Part shown: positions 1 through 11,329 of the stretch, piece by piece
Layout of the letters: each line of letters opens with the position of its first letter
Position numbering within the stretch: position 1 is the stretch's first letter
From: Acidobacteriota bacterium
Lineage (GTDB): Bacteria; Acidobacteriota; UBA6911; RPQK01; JAJDTT01
Assembly (NCBI GenBank): GCA_965217775.1
Contig: CBDCJH010000002.1
Coordinates: forward strand, 4,768,001-4,832,000
Direction: 5' to 3'
DNA: 64,000 nucleotides
Translations under genes and position numbers: made by a program
The notes under the pieces: model-generated
The model's database searches: none
What the model was told of the DNA's origin: nothing
What the model saw: the letters and a program-made list of their open reading frames with translations, nothing else

Positions 1-2253
1 CAGCCCTTCCAGAGCGCGAGTCGCCGCTCCGGCCGGGTCCAGCCCCAGGATTCGGACCGCGATCACCCGGCCGGCTTCGTCCGGATGGCTCTTGGAGTCT
101 TCCAGAGCCGTCTTGACGAGCCGGCGCAACCGGGGGGAATCGGAGAGCAGGAGACGGTCGGTGAGATCCAGAGCAGCCGCTGCCACTGCGGGCGATGCCG
201 AGCGCATCATCCGGAACAGAAGGCGCTCGTCGCCTCGACCCAGGCGAATCCGGGCTTCGGCGCCCTGGCCGAGACCCTGTCCCAATCCCGCCAGCAGGGC
301 GCTGCGCCACCACTCGTCCCCAGGGTTCGCGCCACTGGCCGCGACACGAAGCACCTCCGAGATTCCGGTTTCGATCTGGCGAGCGCCCAGGATCGCGGCG
401 AGCTTCACCAGAAATTCTTCTTTTTCCTGGGATTCGGAAGCGAGGAAGGTGTTGTTCCGGGTCACGGTCCGGAGCCAGCGGCCGGCGTTTTCGGAAGCCG
501 AAGTCAGGACGGCGATCTGCAGCCAGCGGTCCTCCGGATGACGCGCCAGGAGCCGGGTCAGAGGGCCGAAGGACTGCGATTCCGGGAGCAGGCCCAGGGT
601 GCAGGCGAGCTGAAACTGGACGCGACGGTCAGGGTCTTCGACCAGGTCCAACAGCCTCTTCACCAACCGCGGCGAATCGAACTGCTCGGAGAGCCGGATC
701 GCATGTTCCCGGACCCTTCCGTCGCCGTCGCCGAGGGCCTGTGCGATCAGATCGGGATTCAGTCGTCCCAGCCCATCCAGCGTCCAAAGCGCATGTATCC
801 GGGACTCCGGTGCGCCGGCGGAGACCGCCAGTTCTCGAAGGGCGGGAACGACTGAACGGTCCTGCCGCTCGACCAGCAGCCGCTGGGCCGTGATCCGCCA
901 CCACATGTTGGCATGGGACAGCGCCTCGACCAGGCGCCTGGACACGGCAGCTTGAAGGTTCGGCGTCCCGTCCGCCTCGCCCTTCTCGGGGACCACCCGA
1001 TAGATGCGTCCCCTGCCGGCGCCGGCGCGCAGGTCGAAGCGGCCCTCCAGATCCTCCGGGACGTAGTCCGGATGCTCGACGTACTTCCGGTAGTAGTCGA
1101 CCAGGTAGAGCGCTCCATCCGGCCCGACGGTCGTGAAAACCGGCTTGAACCAGGCGTCGGTGGAAGCCAGGAACTCCCGTCCCTCGAAGGCCCGGCGGGC
1201 GGAGAAGGTCGCCCCCGAGGGGGAGAGCAGGTCGCAGTGCACCAGGTTGTGCAAGGGGTCGCATACGAAATAGGCGCCTCTCAGCCGCTCCGGAAACCGG
1301 GCGGCGGTGTAGACGGAGTTCCCGCAGCTTGAGGTGAATATCCCCACCTGGGATTCGTGGACGTAGATGGGATTTCGGGTGATGGGATAGACGGTGGACT
1401 GGTTTTTGTGATCGGAAGGAAACTCCATGGCGGATGAGACCTGCAGGTAGGGATTCCGTGACAGGTACCGGTGGGCGATGACGGGATGGCGGATGTGGTT
1501 GTTGTTCCAGAGGCCGAAGCGGTTGCCGGCGGCATCGAAGGCGTTGCCGTATTGGGAGTTCCCGGCCACCGGCTCCAACTGCAACCGGTCCGGGCGGAAC
1601 CGGAAATCGGTGCCGAGTGCCGAGACGTCGACGGCCGCGACTTCCGGATGGCCGGGGAAATGGAGGGGTTCGCCCGTCAGTCCGAACTGTTGGGGATTGC
1701 GCCGCGAGGGCCCCACTTTGGGATAGGCCCCGTAGATCCAGTTGTCGATGCCGTACCGGAGCCCGTTGACCCGAAGCTGGGGATTGTAGCGGTTGAATCC
1801 GGTGAGGATCACCCGACGCTCGTCGGCCCGCAGGTCGCCGTCCAGGTCGGGAAGATAGAGGATGTGCGGGGCGGCGGCCACCAGGACACCCTCCTTCCAC
1901 GGCATCAGTCCGGTCGGAAAGGCCAGTTCTTCGGCATAGACGTGACTACGGTCGAACCTTCCACCGCCGGTGGAGTCCACCAAGACCACGACCCGGCCCT
2001 GGGGTTCCGATTGCATGGGATAGTCGCCCATCTCCAGGACGAAGAGGCGTCCCCGGCCGTCGAAGGCGGCGGCGACCGGATCCGCGATCAGGGGCTCGGC
2101 CGCCACCAGCTCGATCTCGAACCCCGGCGGCAATTGGAACGATTTCAGGGCTTCCTGGGGCGGAAACGGCGGCGCGTTCCCGCGTCCACAGCTCGCGAGG
2201 AGGGCGCAACAAACGGCACCCAAAAGCGATCGGCTCACGATGCCGGGAGCCAT
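1..2253 (-). CDS. PVC-type heme-binding CxxCH / membrane-bound dehydrogenase-domain lipoprotein (3' end runs off the window)
   Basis: Manually translated, not in the ORF track: MAPGIVSRSLLGAVCCALLASCGRG...SFQLPPGFEIELVAAEPLIADPVAAAFDGRGRLFVLEMGDYP. This is the typical N-terminus of the family, with a lipobox-like LASC. Confidence 0.8.
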   Translation of the reverse strand, partial: MAPGIVSRSLLGAVCCALLASCGRGNAPPFPPQEALKSFQLPPGFEIELVAAEPLIADPVAAAFDGRGRLFVLEMGDYPMQSEPQGRVVVLVDSTGGGRFDRSHVYAEELAFPTGLMPWKEGVLVAAAPHILYLPDLDGDLRADERRVILTGFNRYNPQLRVNGLRYGIDNWIYGAYPKVGPSRRNPQQFGLTGEPLHFPGHPEVAAVDVSALGTDFRFRPDRLQLEPVAGNSQYGNAFDAAGNRFGLWNNNHIRHPVIAHRYLSRNPYLQVSSAMEFPSDHKNQSTVYPITRNPIYVHESQVGIFTSSCGNSVYTAARFPERLRGAYFVCDPLHNLVHCDLLSPSGATFSARRAFEGREFLASTDAWFKPVFTTVGPDGALYLVDYYRKYVEHPDYVPEDLEGRFDLRAGAGRGRIYRVVPEKGEADGTPNLQAAVSRRLVEALSHANMWWRITAQRLLVERQDRSVVPALRELAVSAGAPESRIHALWTLDGLGRLNPDLIAQALGDGDGRVREHAIRLSEQFDSPRLVKRLLDLVEDPDRRVQFQLACTLGLLPESQSFGPLTRLLARHPEDRWLQIAVLTSASENAGRWLRTVTRNNTFLASESQEKEEFLVKLAAILGARQIETGISEVLRVAASGANPGDEWWRSALLAGLGQGLGQGAEARIRLGRGDERLLFRMMRSASPAVAAAALDLTDRLLLSDSPRLRRLVKTALEDSKSHPDEAGRVIAVRILGLDPAGAATRALEGL

Positions 2254-2429
2254 TGAGGCGCGGGGTCGAATCATTGGTTGGAAAAACACTCTTTGCGGCG
2301 GGCTCCGACCCGCCGCCGGGTCCCAGGTCTGACTGGAAGTATAGTCCGGTGCGGAGGCCGAATCCACGTCCCCGCGGTTCCAGTTGGACGGCAGGGCAGG
2401 ATCCGACTTGCTTACGGCGGCACCGCGAA

Positions 2430-3515
2430 CTATCCGGGAATCCGGGTCCGTTCCACGGTCGCGCCGTCGAAATGGTGTCCTCCAGCGGAGCGGGGCAGCG
2501 GAAGTTCCACCGCGGCGCCGGTTCGATTCGAGAGATGGGTGGCCTCGATCATCTCGATGGCGGCACGGCCATCTTCGCCCGACACTGCGGGACGGCGCTG
2601 GTAGCACAGGCAGTCGACAAAGTCCTGAGTCTGGACGAAGAATGCCTCCAGGCGCTGGGGCTCGAAGGGATTGCCGAGGAAGTCGATTTCCGGCATCTCC
2701 CAGACCTCTCGCCATTCTCCTCCCGTCGCCAGTCGAAGCTTTCCGAAGTGTTCGGCTTCGAGCATTCCCTTCTCACCCCAGACCCGGACGAAATCCATCA
2801 TGCGTGGGAATCCGGGCTCGGGAAGTTCGTGGCTCATCCACACCTGGGCGCTGGCGCCACGGGAGAAATGGACCTGCGCCATGGCGTTCCGAGCCTGCCA
2901 GTTCGGGGCCGAATGAGCGTTCACCGTACCGAAGAGCCGGACCGGCTCGTCGTCGATCAGGAAGCGGAGCATGTCGAAGCTGTGGGAACAGCGATCCAGG
3001 ATGTCGCCTCCGTTGTCGAAGTCCAGGAGCCAGGGCTTCCCAGGATCGCGCAGAGGCCACAAGGTGTTCATCTGCACCATCCGCACCTCTCCGATCCGGC
3101 CCGCTTGGATCAGGTTGCGGGCGCGCGCGAAGACGCCACGGTACCGCAGGGTGTGAATGACGCTGAGGGTGACCCCGGCCTCGCGGCAGGCGGCGATCAT
3201 GGCGTCGCAATCGGCCACGTTGGTCATCATCGGTTTCTCCACCAGGACGTGTTTGCCGTGTCTGGCGGCGGCGATGGTCTGCTCGGCGTGCAGCTTGTGG
3301 ATCGTCGCCAGGAGCACGGCATCGACGTCTTCGCTACGGAGCATGTCCTCGTAGCCGGGGAAAAGCGCGACGCCGAAATCGGCCGCCAACTTGGGCGCTC
3401 GACTTCCCTGAGTGACTCCCGCGAGCTCGACGCCCTCATTGTAGTCTCTCACGCAATGGGCATAGGTCCGTCCCATATACCCCGATCCCACGATGCCCAA
3501 CCGTATGACGTCCAT
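2430..3515 (-). CDS. Gfo/Idh/MocA family oxidoreductase
   Basis: GIVGSGYMG Rossmann motif; GKHVLVEKP; DRCSHSFD. Confidence 0.9.
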   Translation of the reverse strand: MDVIRLGIVGSGYMGRTYAHCVRDYNEGVELAGVTQGSRAPKLAADFGVALFPGYEDMLRSEDVDAVLLATIHKLHAEQTIAAARHGKHVLVEKPMMTNVADCDAMIAACREAGVTLSVIHTLRYRGVFARARNLIQAGRIGEVRMVQMNTLWPLRDPGKPWLLDFDNGGDILDRCSHSFDMLRFLIDDEPVRLFGTVNAHSAPNWQARNAMAQVHFSRGASAQVWMSHELPEPGFPRMMDFVRVWGEKGMLEAEHFGKLRLATGGEWREVWEMPEIDFLGNPFEPQRLEAFFVQTQDFVDCLCYQRRPAVSGEDGRAAIEMIEATHLSNRTGAAVELPLPRSAGGHHFDGATVERTRIPG

Positions 3516-3719
3516 GGTGTGCTCCCGTGTTGCCGTCCCCTGCCCGAAGGAATGAAACCGAATCGAAAGGATTCTACAACTGCGCCTTCCCGCTGGAAGA
3601 GCGACTCCCGGCCGAGGCTACCCGGAAAATCCACAGTGGTGTTCAGGACCGCCGGCTGGTAGCTTCGGGCAGGGTCCGAAACGGCGTCGGCATGGCGGGC
3701 GCCCGGAAAGGAGTCGGGA

Positions 3720-4838
3720 ATGGCCACGATCGAAATCCTTGACCACCACATCGTCTACGAGAATCCGCAACCCTTCAATCGATCCCGTCACGGCTATTTC
3801 CCCGGACTGGTGAAACTGCCCTCGGGTGAGCTGCTGGGACTCTTCGTCTTGGGGGAGGCCTTCGAAGCAACCAACGTGACGACCTTCGTGACCCGTTCCC
3901 AGGATCAGGGGCGGACGTGGAATCTACAAGGTCCGCTACACCGCAAGGAGGAGGCGTACCGCCACAACTCCGACTATCTGAAGCCGACCCTCCTGGATGC
4001 CGGCAGGCTGATGGCTCTGGGCTATCGATTCCATCGCACCGATCCGGATCAGACCATCGCCAACCCCGACCCTGCCGTCGACGGCATTCGAGGGGGCGAC
4101 AACCTGGTTTCGTTCTCCGCTGACGACGGAGCCACCTGGTCCCATCCCCGGATCGTCCCGCGGTCGCGCCCGGAACTGATCGAACAGTCCGGCCCTGCCA
4201 TCCAGCTTCACACCGGCGCGATTCTGGGGGCCGGCTCGCTGTTCCCCAGGTGGGATGGAAGCAATCCCAGCGGCTGCGTCGGAGCCCTGCTGCGAAGCGA
4301 GGACGGAGGCGAGACCTGGGATGACCGAACCGATTTCTTCCGCGACCCGGCCGGGCGTTATGCGCCGTCGGAACCGAGATTGTGTGAAATGCAGGACGGG
4401 CGGATCGTCTCCCTGAACTGGATGATGGACCATGTCCGGGGAACCAACACCACCAATCACGTCACGGTGTCCCACGACGGCGGAGCGACCTGGTCGAACC
4501 CCATCGACACCGGCGTCTGGGGACAGGCTTCGAATCTGATGCCCTGGGCCGGCGACACCCTGCTGACGGTCCACTGCCATCGCGAAGGAGAGGACATCGG
4601 CGTGTTCTTGAGGATCGTCGATTTCTCGCGCGACCGCTGGCGGACGGTCGAAACGGCCAAGGTCTGGGGCAACGCCCCCTCCATGAAGATCGCCGTCTAC
4701 TCCAACATGGGCCGGGACCTGAAGTTCGGCCAGGCCTCGTTGCTGCGCCTGGACGACGGCGAGGTGCTCGTGACGCACTGGGCCATCGAAGGGGGACAGG
4801 GGCGAATCCGCACCCACCGGATCCGCGTCCGGATTTGA
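3720..4838 (+). CDS. sialidase-family / BNR (Asp-box) repeat protein
   Basis: Four Asp-boxes ([32 protein letters not shown]); AAGGAG RBS. Confidence 0.8.
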   Translation: MATIEILDHHIVYENPQPFNRSRHGYFPGLVKLPSGELLGLFVLGEAFEATNVTTFVTRSQDQGRTWNLQGPLHRKEEAYRHNSDYLKPTLLDAGRLMALGYRFHRTDPDQTIANPDPAVDGIRGGDNLVSFSADDGATWSHPRIVPRSRPELIEQSGPAIQLHTGAILGAGSLFPRWDGSNPSGCVGALLRSEDGGETWDDRTDFFRDPAGRYAPSEPRLCEMQDGRIVSLNWMMDHVRGTNTTNHVTVSHDGGATWSNPIDTGVWGQASNLMPWAGDTLLTVHCHREGEDIGVFLRIVDFSRDRWRTVETAKVWGNAPSMKIAVYSNMGRDLKFGQASLLRLDDGEVLVTHWAIEGGQGRIRTHRIRVRI

Positions 4839-4882
4839 TTTTCTCCCTCGATGTTCCTCTCATTCCTCACCTCGCTTCGTCG

Positions 4883-4912
4883 TTGACCGTCCCCGGACCG
4901 ATCTCATATCAT
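4883..4912 (+). promoter_or_regulatory. putative sigma70 promoter of guaB (probably leaderless)
   Basis: TTGACC-18 nt-TATCAT, 6 nt upstream of ATG 4919. Confidence 0.45.
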
Positions 4913-4918
4913 TCTTCG

Positions 4919-6379
4919 ATGGAGATACTCGAAGCCCTCACCTTCGACGACGTTCTCCTTGCTCCCGCCTACAGCAACGTCCTGCCCGGGGAATCGGATC
5001 TTCAGACCGTCTTCTCCCGAAACATCCCCCTGAACATCCCCATATCCTCGGCGGCCATGGACACGGTGACGGAGCACCGCATGGCCATCACCATCGCCCG
5101 GCACGGCGGGATCGGCATCATTCACCGCAACCTGACCATCGAAGCCGAGGCCCGGGAGGTGGACAAGGTCAAGCGCTCCGAGTCGGGCATGATCGTGGAC
5201 CCGGTCACGGCTGGTCCCGACGATCGGATTCGGGACGTGATCGAGAGCATGGACCGGTACAAGATTTCCGGCGTTCCGGTCATCGACTCGACGGGAAAGC
5301 TGGTGGGGATCCTGACGAATCGGGACCTGAGATTCCAGAACGACCCGGATCTGCCGGTTTCGGACCTGATGACCCGCGACAACCTGGTCACGGTCGGACA
5401 AGAGATCTCCATGGAGGAGGCCAAGCGGAAGCTCCACGAGCATCGGATCGAGAAGCTCCTGGTGGTGGATAATCAGAATCGGCTCAAAGGGCTGATCACC
5501 GTCAAGGACATCCTGAAGATGATCACCTATCCCAAGGCGGCCAAGGACTCGCGCGGGCGCTTGAGAGCGGGCGCCGCCGTGGGCGCCACCGGAGACTACC
5601 TGGAGCGGGCCCGGGAATTGGAGTTGGCGGGGGTGGACGTGGTGGTGGTGGATACGGCTCATGCCCACACCCGGCGAGTGGGCGCGGCCGTTTCGGAGTT
5701 GAAGAAGCGGCTTTCCAGCGCCGACGTCACCGCGGGAAACGTGGCCACCGGAGAGGCCGTCCGCTTCCTTCACGACGCGGGGGCGGATGCGGTCAAGGTT
5801 GGCATGGGACCCGGAAGCATCTGCACGACCCGGGTCGTCACCGGCGCCGGCATGCCTCAGTTCACGGCCATCGTGGACGCCGCCCGGACCGCACGGGAGC
5901 TGGGCCTGCCGGTGATCGCCGATGGCGGAATCAAGTATTCGGGCGACATCACCAAGGCCCTGGCGGCCGGGGCGGATGCGGTGATGATCGGGAACCTCTT
6001 CGCCGGCACCGACGAGTCTCCGGGGGAGCTGGTGTTCTATCAGAACCGCAGCTACAAGACCTACCGCGGCATGGGATCCCTGGGAGCCCTGACCGAGGGA
6101 ACCAGCGACCGTTACGGTCAGGATCCGAGTTCCCCGGGACAGAAGGTGGTTCCCGAGGGCATCGAAGGGCGGGTCCCCTACAAGGGACGCGCCGAGGACC
6201 TGATTCCCGTTCTAACGGGCGGACTGCAGTCGGGAATGGGCTACTGCGGCGTCAGAAACGTCGGGGAACTTCAGACCCGGACCAAATTCGTCCGTGTCAC
6301 CCACCTGGGGCTGCGCGAGTCCCACGCCCACGATGTGGTGGTGACCAAGGAAGCCCCCAACTACCGCGTCGAGATCTGA
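4919..6379 (+). CDS. guaB: IMP dehydrogenase
   Basis: [12 protein letters not shown] pair, catalytic [22 protein letters not shown]; start set at ATG 4919. Confidence 0.97.
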   Translation: MEILEALTFDDVLLAPAYSNVLPGESDLQTVFSRNIPLNIPISSAAMDTVTEHRMAITIARHGGIGIIHRNLTIEAEAREVDKVKRSESGMIVDPVTAGPDDRIRDVIESMDRYKISGVPVIDSTGKLVGILTNRDLRFQNDPDLPVSDLMTRDNLVTVGQEISMEEAKRKLHEHRIEKLLVVDNQNRLKGLITVKDILKMITYPKAAKDSRGRLRAGAAVGATGDYLERARELELAGVDVVVVDTAHAHTRRVGAAVSELKKRLSSADVTAGNVATGEAVRFLHDAGADAVKVGMGPGSICTTRVVTGAGMPQFTAIVDAARTARELGLPVIADGGIKYSGDITKALAAGADAVMIGNLFAGTDESPGELVFYQNRSYKTYRGMGSLGALTEGTSDRYGQDPSSPGQKVVPEGIEGRVPYKGRAEDLIPVLTGGLQSGMGYCGVRNVGELQTRTKFVRVTHLGLRESHAHDVVVTKEAPNYRVEI

Positions 6380-6399
6380 CCGCCGCCAGGAGGCCCCAA

Positions 6400-7428
6400 C
6401 TAGACCAGCGTCGGCTCGGCGATATTCTTGCCCACGGCCTGGGCGATGCGGCGCATGTCGTCCATGAGGCTGCTGAACTGCCTCACGTACAACGACTGGG
6501 CTCCGTCGCAAAGCGCGTTCTCCGGATCCTGGTGCACCTCGATGAGGAGGCCGTCCGCACCCACCGCCACGGCGGCCCGGGCCAGCGGAGCCACCCGGTT
6601 CCGGATTCCCACCGCATGGCTCGGATCCACCACGATGGGAAGATGGCTGATCTGCTTGATCACCGGTACGGCGGAGAGATCCAGGGTGTTCCGGGTCAGG
6701 TTCTCAAAGGTCCGGATCCCTCTCTCGCAGAGCAGGACGTTGTGGTTCCCCTCGGCCATGATGTATTCGGCCGCCAGGAGCAGATCGGTGATGGTGGCGC
6801 TCATGCCGCGCTTCAGAAGCGCCGGAATGCCGCTCTTTCCGATGGCCCGCAACAGATTGTAGTTCTGCATGTTCCGGGTTCCGATCTGAATGATGTCGAT
6901 GTAGTCGTGGGCCAGGGGAATCTGGGCCGATTCCATGACTTCCGAGATCACCAGCAGACCGTGCCGGTCCGCCGCCTTGCGGATGATCCGGAGTCCCTTT
7001 TCTCCGTGGCCCTGAAAGGAATAGGGGGAGGTTCTGGGCTTGAAGGCTCCGCCGCGCATGACTCTGGCCCCGGCTTCCTTGACCGCAGCCGCGACCTCTT
7101 CACACTGATCCACGGTTTCGATGGTGCACGGCCCGGCCATGATCACCACCTCCTCCCCGCCGAACTCGACGTCGCCGACCCGCACCCGGCTGCCGTGAGC
7201 GTGGAACGCCCGCGAGGCCAGCTTGTAGGGTTCGCTGATGCGGTGGACTCCCCGGACCCCGTCCATGGCCTCGTAGTCCCGAGTGTTCACGATCTTGGCC
7301 CCAACGGCTCCCAGCACCGTATAGTCCACACCCGTCGACCGATGCACGTCGAAACCGTTGGCGACGAGCTTGTCGACCACGTGTTCCACCTGTTCCGAAT
7401 TTGCGTTGTGTTCCATGACGATGACCAT
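6400..7428 (-). CDS. aroF: DAHP synthase (type I-beta, N-terminal ferredoxin-like regulatory domain)
   Basis: AGPCTIE, RGGAFKPRTSPYSFQG, CERGIRTF, DPSHA. Confidence 0.95.
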   Translation of the reverse strand: MVIVMEHNANSEQVEHVVDKLVANGFDVHRSTGVDYTVLGAVGAKIVNTRDYEAMDGVRGVHRISEPYKLASRAFHAHGSRVRVGDVEFGGEEVVIMAGPCTIETVDQCEEVAAAVKEAGARVMRGGAFKPRTSPYSFQGHGEKGLRIIRKAADRHGLLVISEVMESAQIPLAHDYIDIIQIGTRNMQNYNLLRAIGKSGIPALLKRGMSATITDLLLAAEYIMAEGNHNVLLCERGIRTFENLTRNTLDLSAVPVIKQISHLPIVVDPSHAVGIRNRVAPLARAAVAVGADGLLIEVHQDPENALCDGAQSLYVRQFSSLMDDMRRIAQAVGKNIAEPTLV

Positions 7429-7470
7429 GATGGGTTCCTTTCTCGCTGCCGATACACGTTCATCCCGGAC

Positions 7471-7746
7471 CTAGCCGCTCTTGCGGTACTCCCGCTCCAC
7501 TCGTCGAGACTCGTCGATGATCCTCTCGAACAGGCGCTTGATGGCGGCTTTGGACAAGGGGCCGCGGGTGGCCTCTTGAACCAGCCTGATCACCTCATCC
7601 TCGCGCTTCGGATCATAGATGCCCAAGTTCATCTTCTGCTTGATCTTGACGATTTCGATCGCACACCGGCTGCGGCGATTGAGCAGCTCCACCAATTGGA
7701 GATTGAGCTGGTCGATTTCGCTGCGCCAGTGGTCGATGTCAGTCAC
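7471..7746 (-). CDS. chorismate mutase (AroQ type)
   Basis: WRSEIDQLNLQLVELLNRR...YDPKREDEV...LFERIIDESRR. Confidence 0.9.
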   Translation of the reverse strand: MTDIDHWRSEIDQLNLQLVELLNRRSRCAIEIVKIKQKMNLGIYDPKREDEVIRLVQEATRGPLSKAAIKRLFERIIDESRRVEREYRKSG

Positions 7747-7776
7747 TATGGATGCCCCTTTTCGGAATCAGCGGAC

Positions 7777-7811
7777 AAAAAAAAACCGTGGGCTTTCGGG
7801 GTTGCCCACGG
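7777..7811 (-). terminator. intrinsic terminator of the Phe/Tyr attenuator
   Basis: Minus strand CCGTGGGC-aaccccgaaa-GCCCACGG followed by T9, 30 nt upstream of the chorismate mutase start. Confidence 0.85.
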
Positions 7812-7843
7812 CCTCAGGATCGCCTGCGATGGCAGGCCGACCC

Positions 7844-7888
7844 TCAGCCGTTTCTAAAGAAGTAATAGAATGCCCGCAGACTCACCAT
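7844..7888 (-). CDS. Phe/Tyr-rich leader peptide MVSLRAFYYFFRNG (attenuator uORF)
   Basis: ATG with AAAGGA RBS; five consecutive Phe/Tyr codons; immediately upstream of a terminator and aromatic pathway genes. Confidence 0.85.
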   Translation of the reverse strand: MVSLRAFYYFFRNG

Positions 7889-7914
7889 ACGTCGTCCTTT
7901 GAACGTAGACACTC

Positions 7915-7943
7915 AAAATACCCCAAAATTATCCTGGAATCAA
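7915..7943 (-). promoter_or_regulatory. putative sigma70 promoter for leader-chorismate mutase-aroF
   Basis: TTGATT-17 nt-TATTTT overlapping the trpA stop. Confidence 0.55.
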
Positions 7944-8688
7944 ATGCTCTCTGGCGAAACGGCCGACTTGCCTGGCCAGGTCGGCGTCATGCCGGTGCTC
8001 GTCCACGAACCGGACCAGGGCGGTTCCGATCACCGCGGCGTCAGCATACCTCCATACGCGACGGACGTCCCGAGCCGAGGTGATGCCGAATCCCACGGCG
8101 ATGGGAAGGGAGGAGTATTCCCGCAACCGGCGGATGGTCGCCGGCACCTGCGACTCGACGTCGGACCTCTTGCCGGTGACGCCGGTTCGAGCCACCAGAT
8201 AGACGAAGCCGCCGCTGGCGCGGCTCACCTTCTCGAGCCTCTCGTCCGACGAGGTCGGCGCCGCCAGGAAGATGATGTCGAGTCCCGTGACGCAGTTCCT
8301 GGGGTCGCCTTGCTCCCGGAACCGGATGTGCTCCTCGGGGGTCAGATCCGAGATGATGATGCCATCCAGGCCGGCGTCTACGGCTTCGACCGCCAACCGT
8401 CCCAGGCCGTAGCTCCAGACGGGATTCATGTAGGTCATGAACACGAGGCCGGCGTCGACCCGGTTCCGCAGTCTCCGAACCAGTTCTATGTAGTCCCGAA
8501 TGCCGTAGCCGTGACGGAGCGCCCGAAAGGAGGAGGTCTGGATCACGGGCCCGTCCGCGATGGGGTCGGAGAACGGGATGCCGATCTCCACGATATGTGA
8601 ACCGGCCTCCACCAACTCCAGAACGATCCGTTCCGTGGCTTCCAGGTCCGGGTGTCCCGCCGTCACGAAGGGGACGAAGCACTTCGGG

Positions 8689-9884
<1,196 letters not shown>

Positions 9885-9888
<4 letters not shown>

Positions 9889-10508
9889 TGGTCGTTGTCT
9901 CCATATTTTATTACGGCATGCTCCCGCGCCACCTTCAGAAAGGCCCTCAATTTGTCGCGGTCCTTGAGTCCCGGAGAACTCTCCACACCGGAACAGACGT
10001 CCACACCCAGCAGTCCGTGGCGGAAGTCGCCAGGGGCTGCCAGGGGATCGAGACGCTCCAGGGCTTCACCCAGATTCCGAGGCGTCAATCCGCCGGAGAG
10101 CAGATACGGGCGGTTCAACGACTCCAGCGCGGACCAGTCGGCGAGCGTTCCGGTGCCCCAGGAAGTGTCGATGATGACTTCATGCCCGGGGAAGCGCCGG
10201 GCGCCGGAGGGGCTGGTGGCGACCCAGACGCGCTTGTCCGTATTCGGGATCTCGCAGGGGTCCTCGACTCCGTACAACTGGATGACGTCGAAGGGCAGCC
10301 GTATCCACGAGTCCTCGCCGGGCCGCGCCACGGCAATGGCCACCGGAAGAATCTCCGGCGGAAGTTCGCCGGCCAGGGTTTGAGCCCGTTCCGGCTCCAG
10401 GTAGCGGGGACTGGGGGGATAGAAGTTGAAGCCCAGGGCATTGGCCCCGTATCGGACCGAATCCAACGCGTCCCGGCGGCGTGTGATTCCACAGACCTTG
10501 ATGATCAT
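9885..10508 (-). CDS. trpF: phosphoribosylanthranilate isomerase
   Basis: [32 protein letters not shown]. Confidence 0.93.
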
Positions 10509-11329
10509 CTCCGGAGGCTCCCCTGCAGCTCTTCCTCCCGGTCTTCGGACGCGTCGGATTGCAACAATTTCCTCAATCCGGCCCCGGGGTCGGAGGAGTC
10601 CATCAGCAGAGAGCCGACCAGGAAGGCATCGAAGCCGGCGTCGCGCAACTCGACCAGTTGGACGTGTTCCCGGATTCCCGACTCGGACACCAGGACGAAC
10701 CCCGTCTCCCCCTCCAGCAGCCTGGCCAGTTTGAAGGACGTGTCCAGGTCCACATGAAAGGTTCTCAGGTCGCGGTTGTTGACGCCTATGATGCGGGCCC
10801 CGCTCTCTACGGCCGTCTCCAGCTCGAAGGCATCGTGGACCTCCACCAGAGCGTCGAGCCGGAAGTCCTGCCCGCCTCGAATCAGCTCCCGGAGCTCGCC
10901 CGGAGAGAGGCAGGCGGCGATCAGGAGATAGGCGGAAGCCCCGTGGGCCCGCGCCTCCGCCAGTTGATAGGCATCGAAGATGAAGTCCTTCCGCAACAGG
11001 GGCAGCTTCGTCTCCTGCTCCCAGAGGGTGCGGATGAACTGGAGGTCGCCGTGGAAGAAATGCTTTTCGGTCAGGACCGAGACGGCCGCCGCCCCGTTGT
11101 CCAGATAGAGCCGGGCGATCTCCTGGGGAGGAAGCCGGCAGGAGAACGCCCCTCGGCTGGGGCTGTGATACTTGATCTCGGCGATGACGTTGATCCGGGG
11201 ACGAGTCAGCGCCGCTTCGAAGGAAGGGGCCGGCCGGCCGGGAGCGGCGTCCAGCAGTTCGCCCAGGGGAACCCTGGCCCGGTCCTCCTCCATATCCTGT
11301 TTCTTCCTGACCAGGATCCTATCCAGCAT
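10505..11329 (-). CDS. trpC: indole-3-glycerol phosphate synthase
   Basis: IAEIKYHSPS, LRKDFI, GVNNRDL, SESGI. Confidence 0.96.
   Translation of the reverse strand: MLDRILVRKKQDMEEDRARVPLGELLDAAPGRPAPSFEAALTRPRINVIAEIKYHSPSRGAFSCRLPPQEIARLYLDNGAAAVSVLTEKHFFHGDLQFIRTLWEQETKLPLLRKDFIFDAYQLAEARAHGASAYLLIAACLSPGELRELIRGGQDFRLDALVEVHDAFELETAVESGARIIGVNNRDLRTFHVDLDTSFKLARLLEGETGFVLVSESGIREHVQLVELRDAGFDAFLVGSLLMDSSDPGAGLRKLLQSDASEDREEELQGSLRR

Noticed and set aside
85-2256. Plus-strand ORFs from the ORF track
   Set aside because: They are antisense shadows of the minus-strand PVC-type gene, which the track missed because it runs off the window
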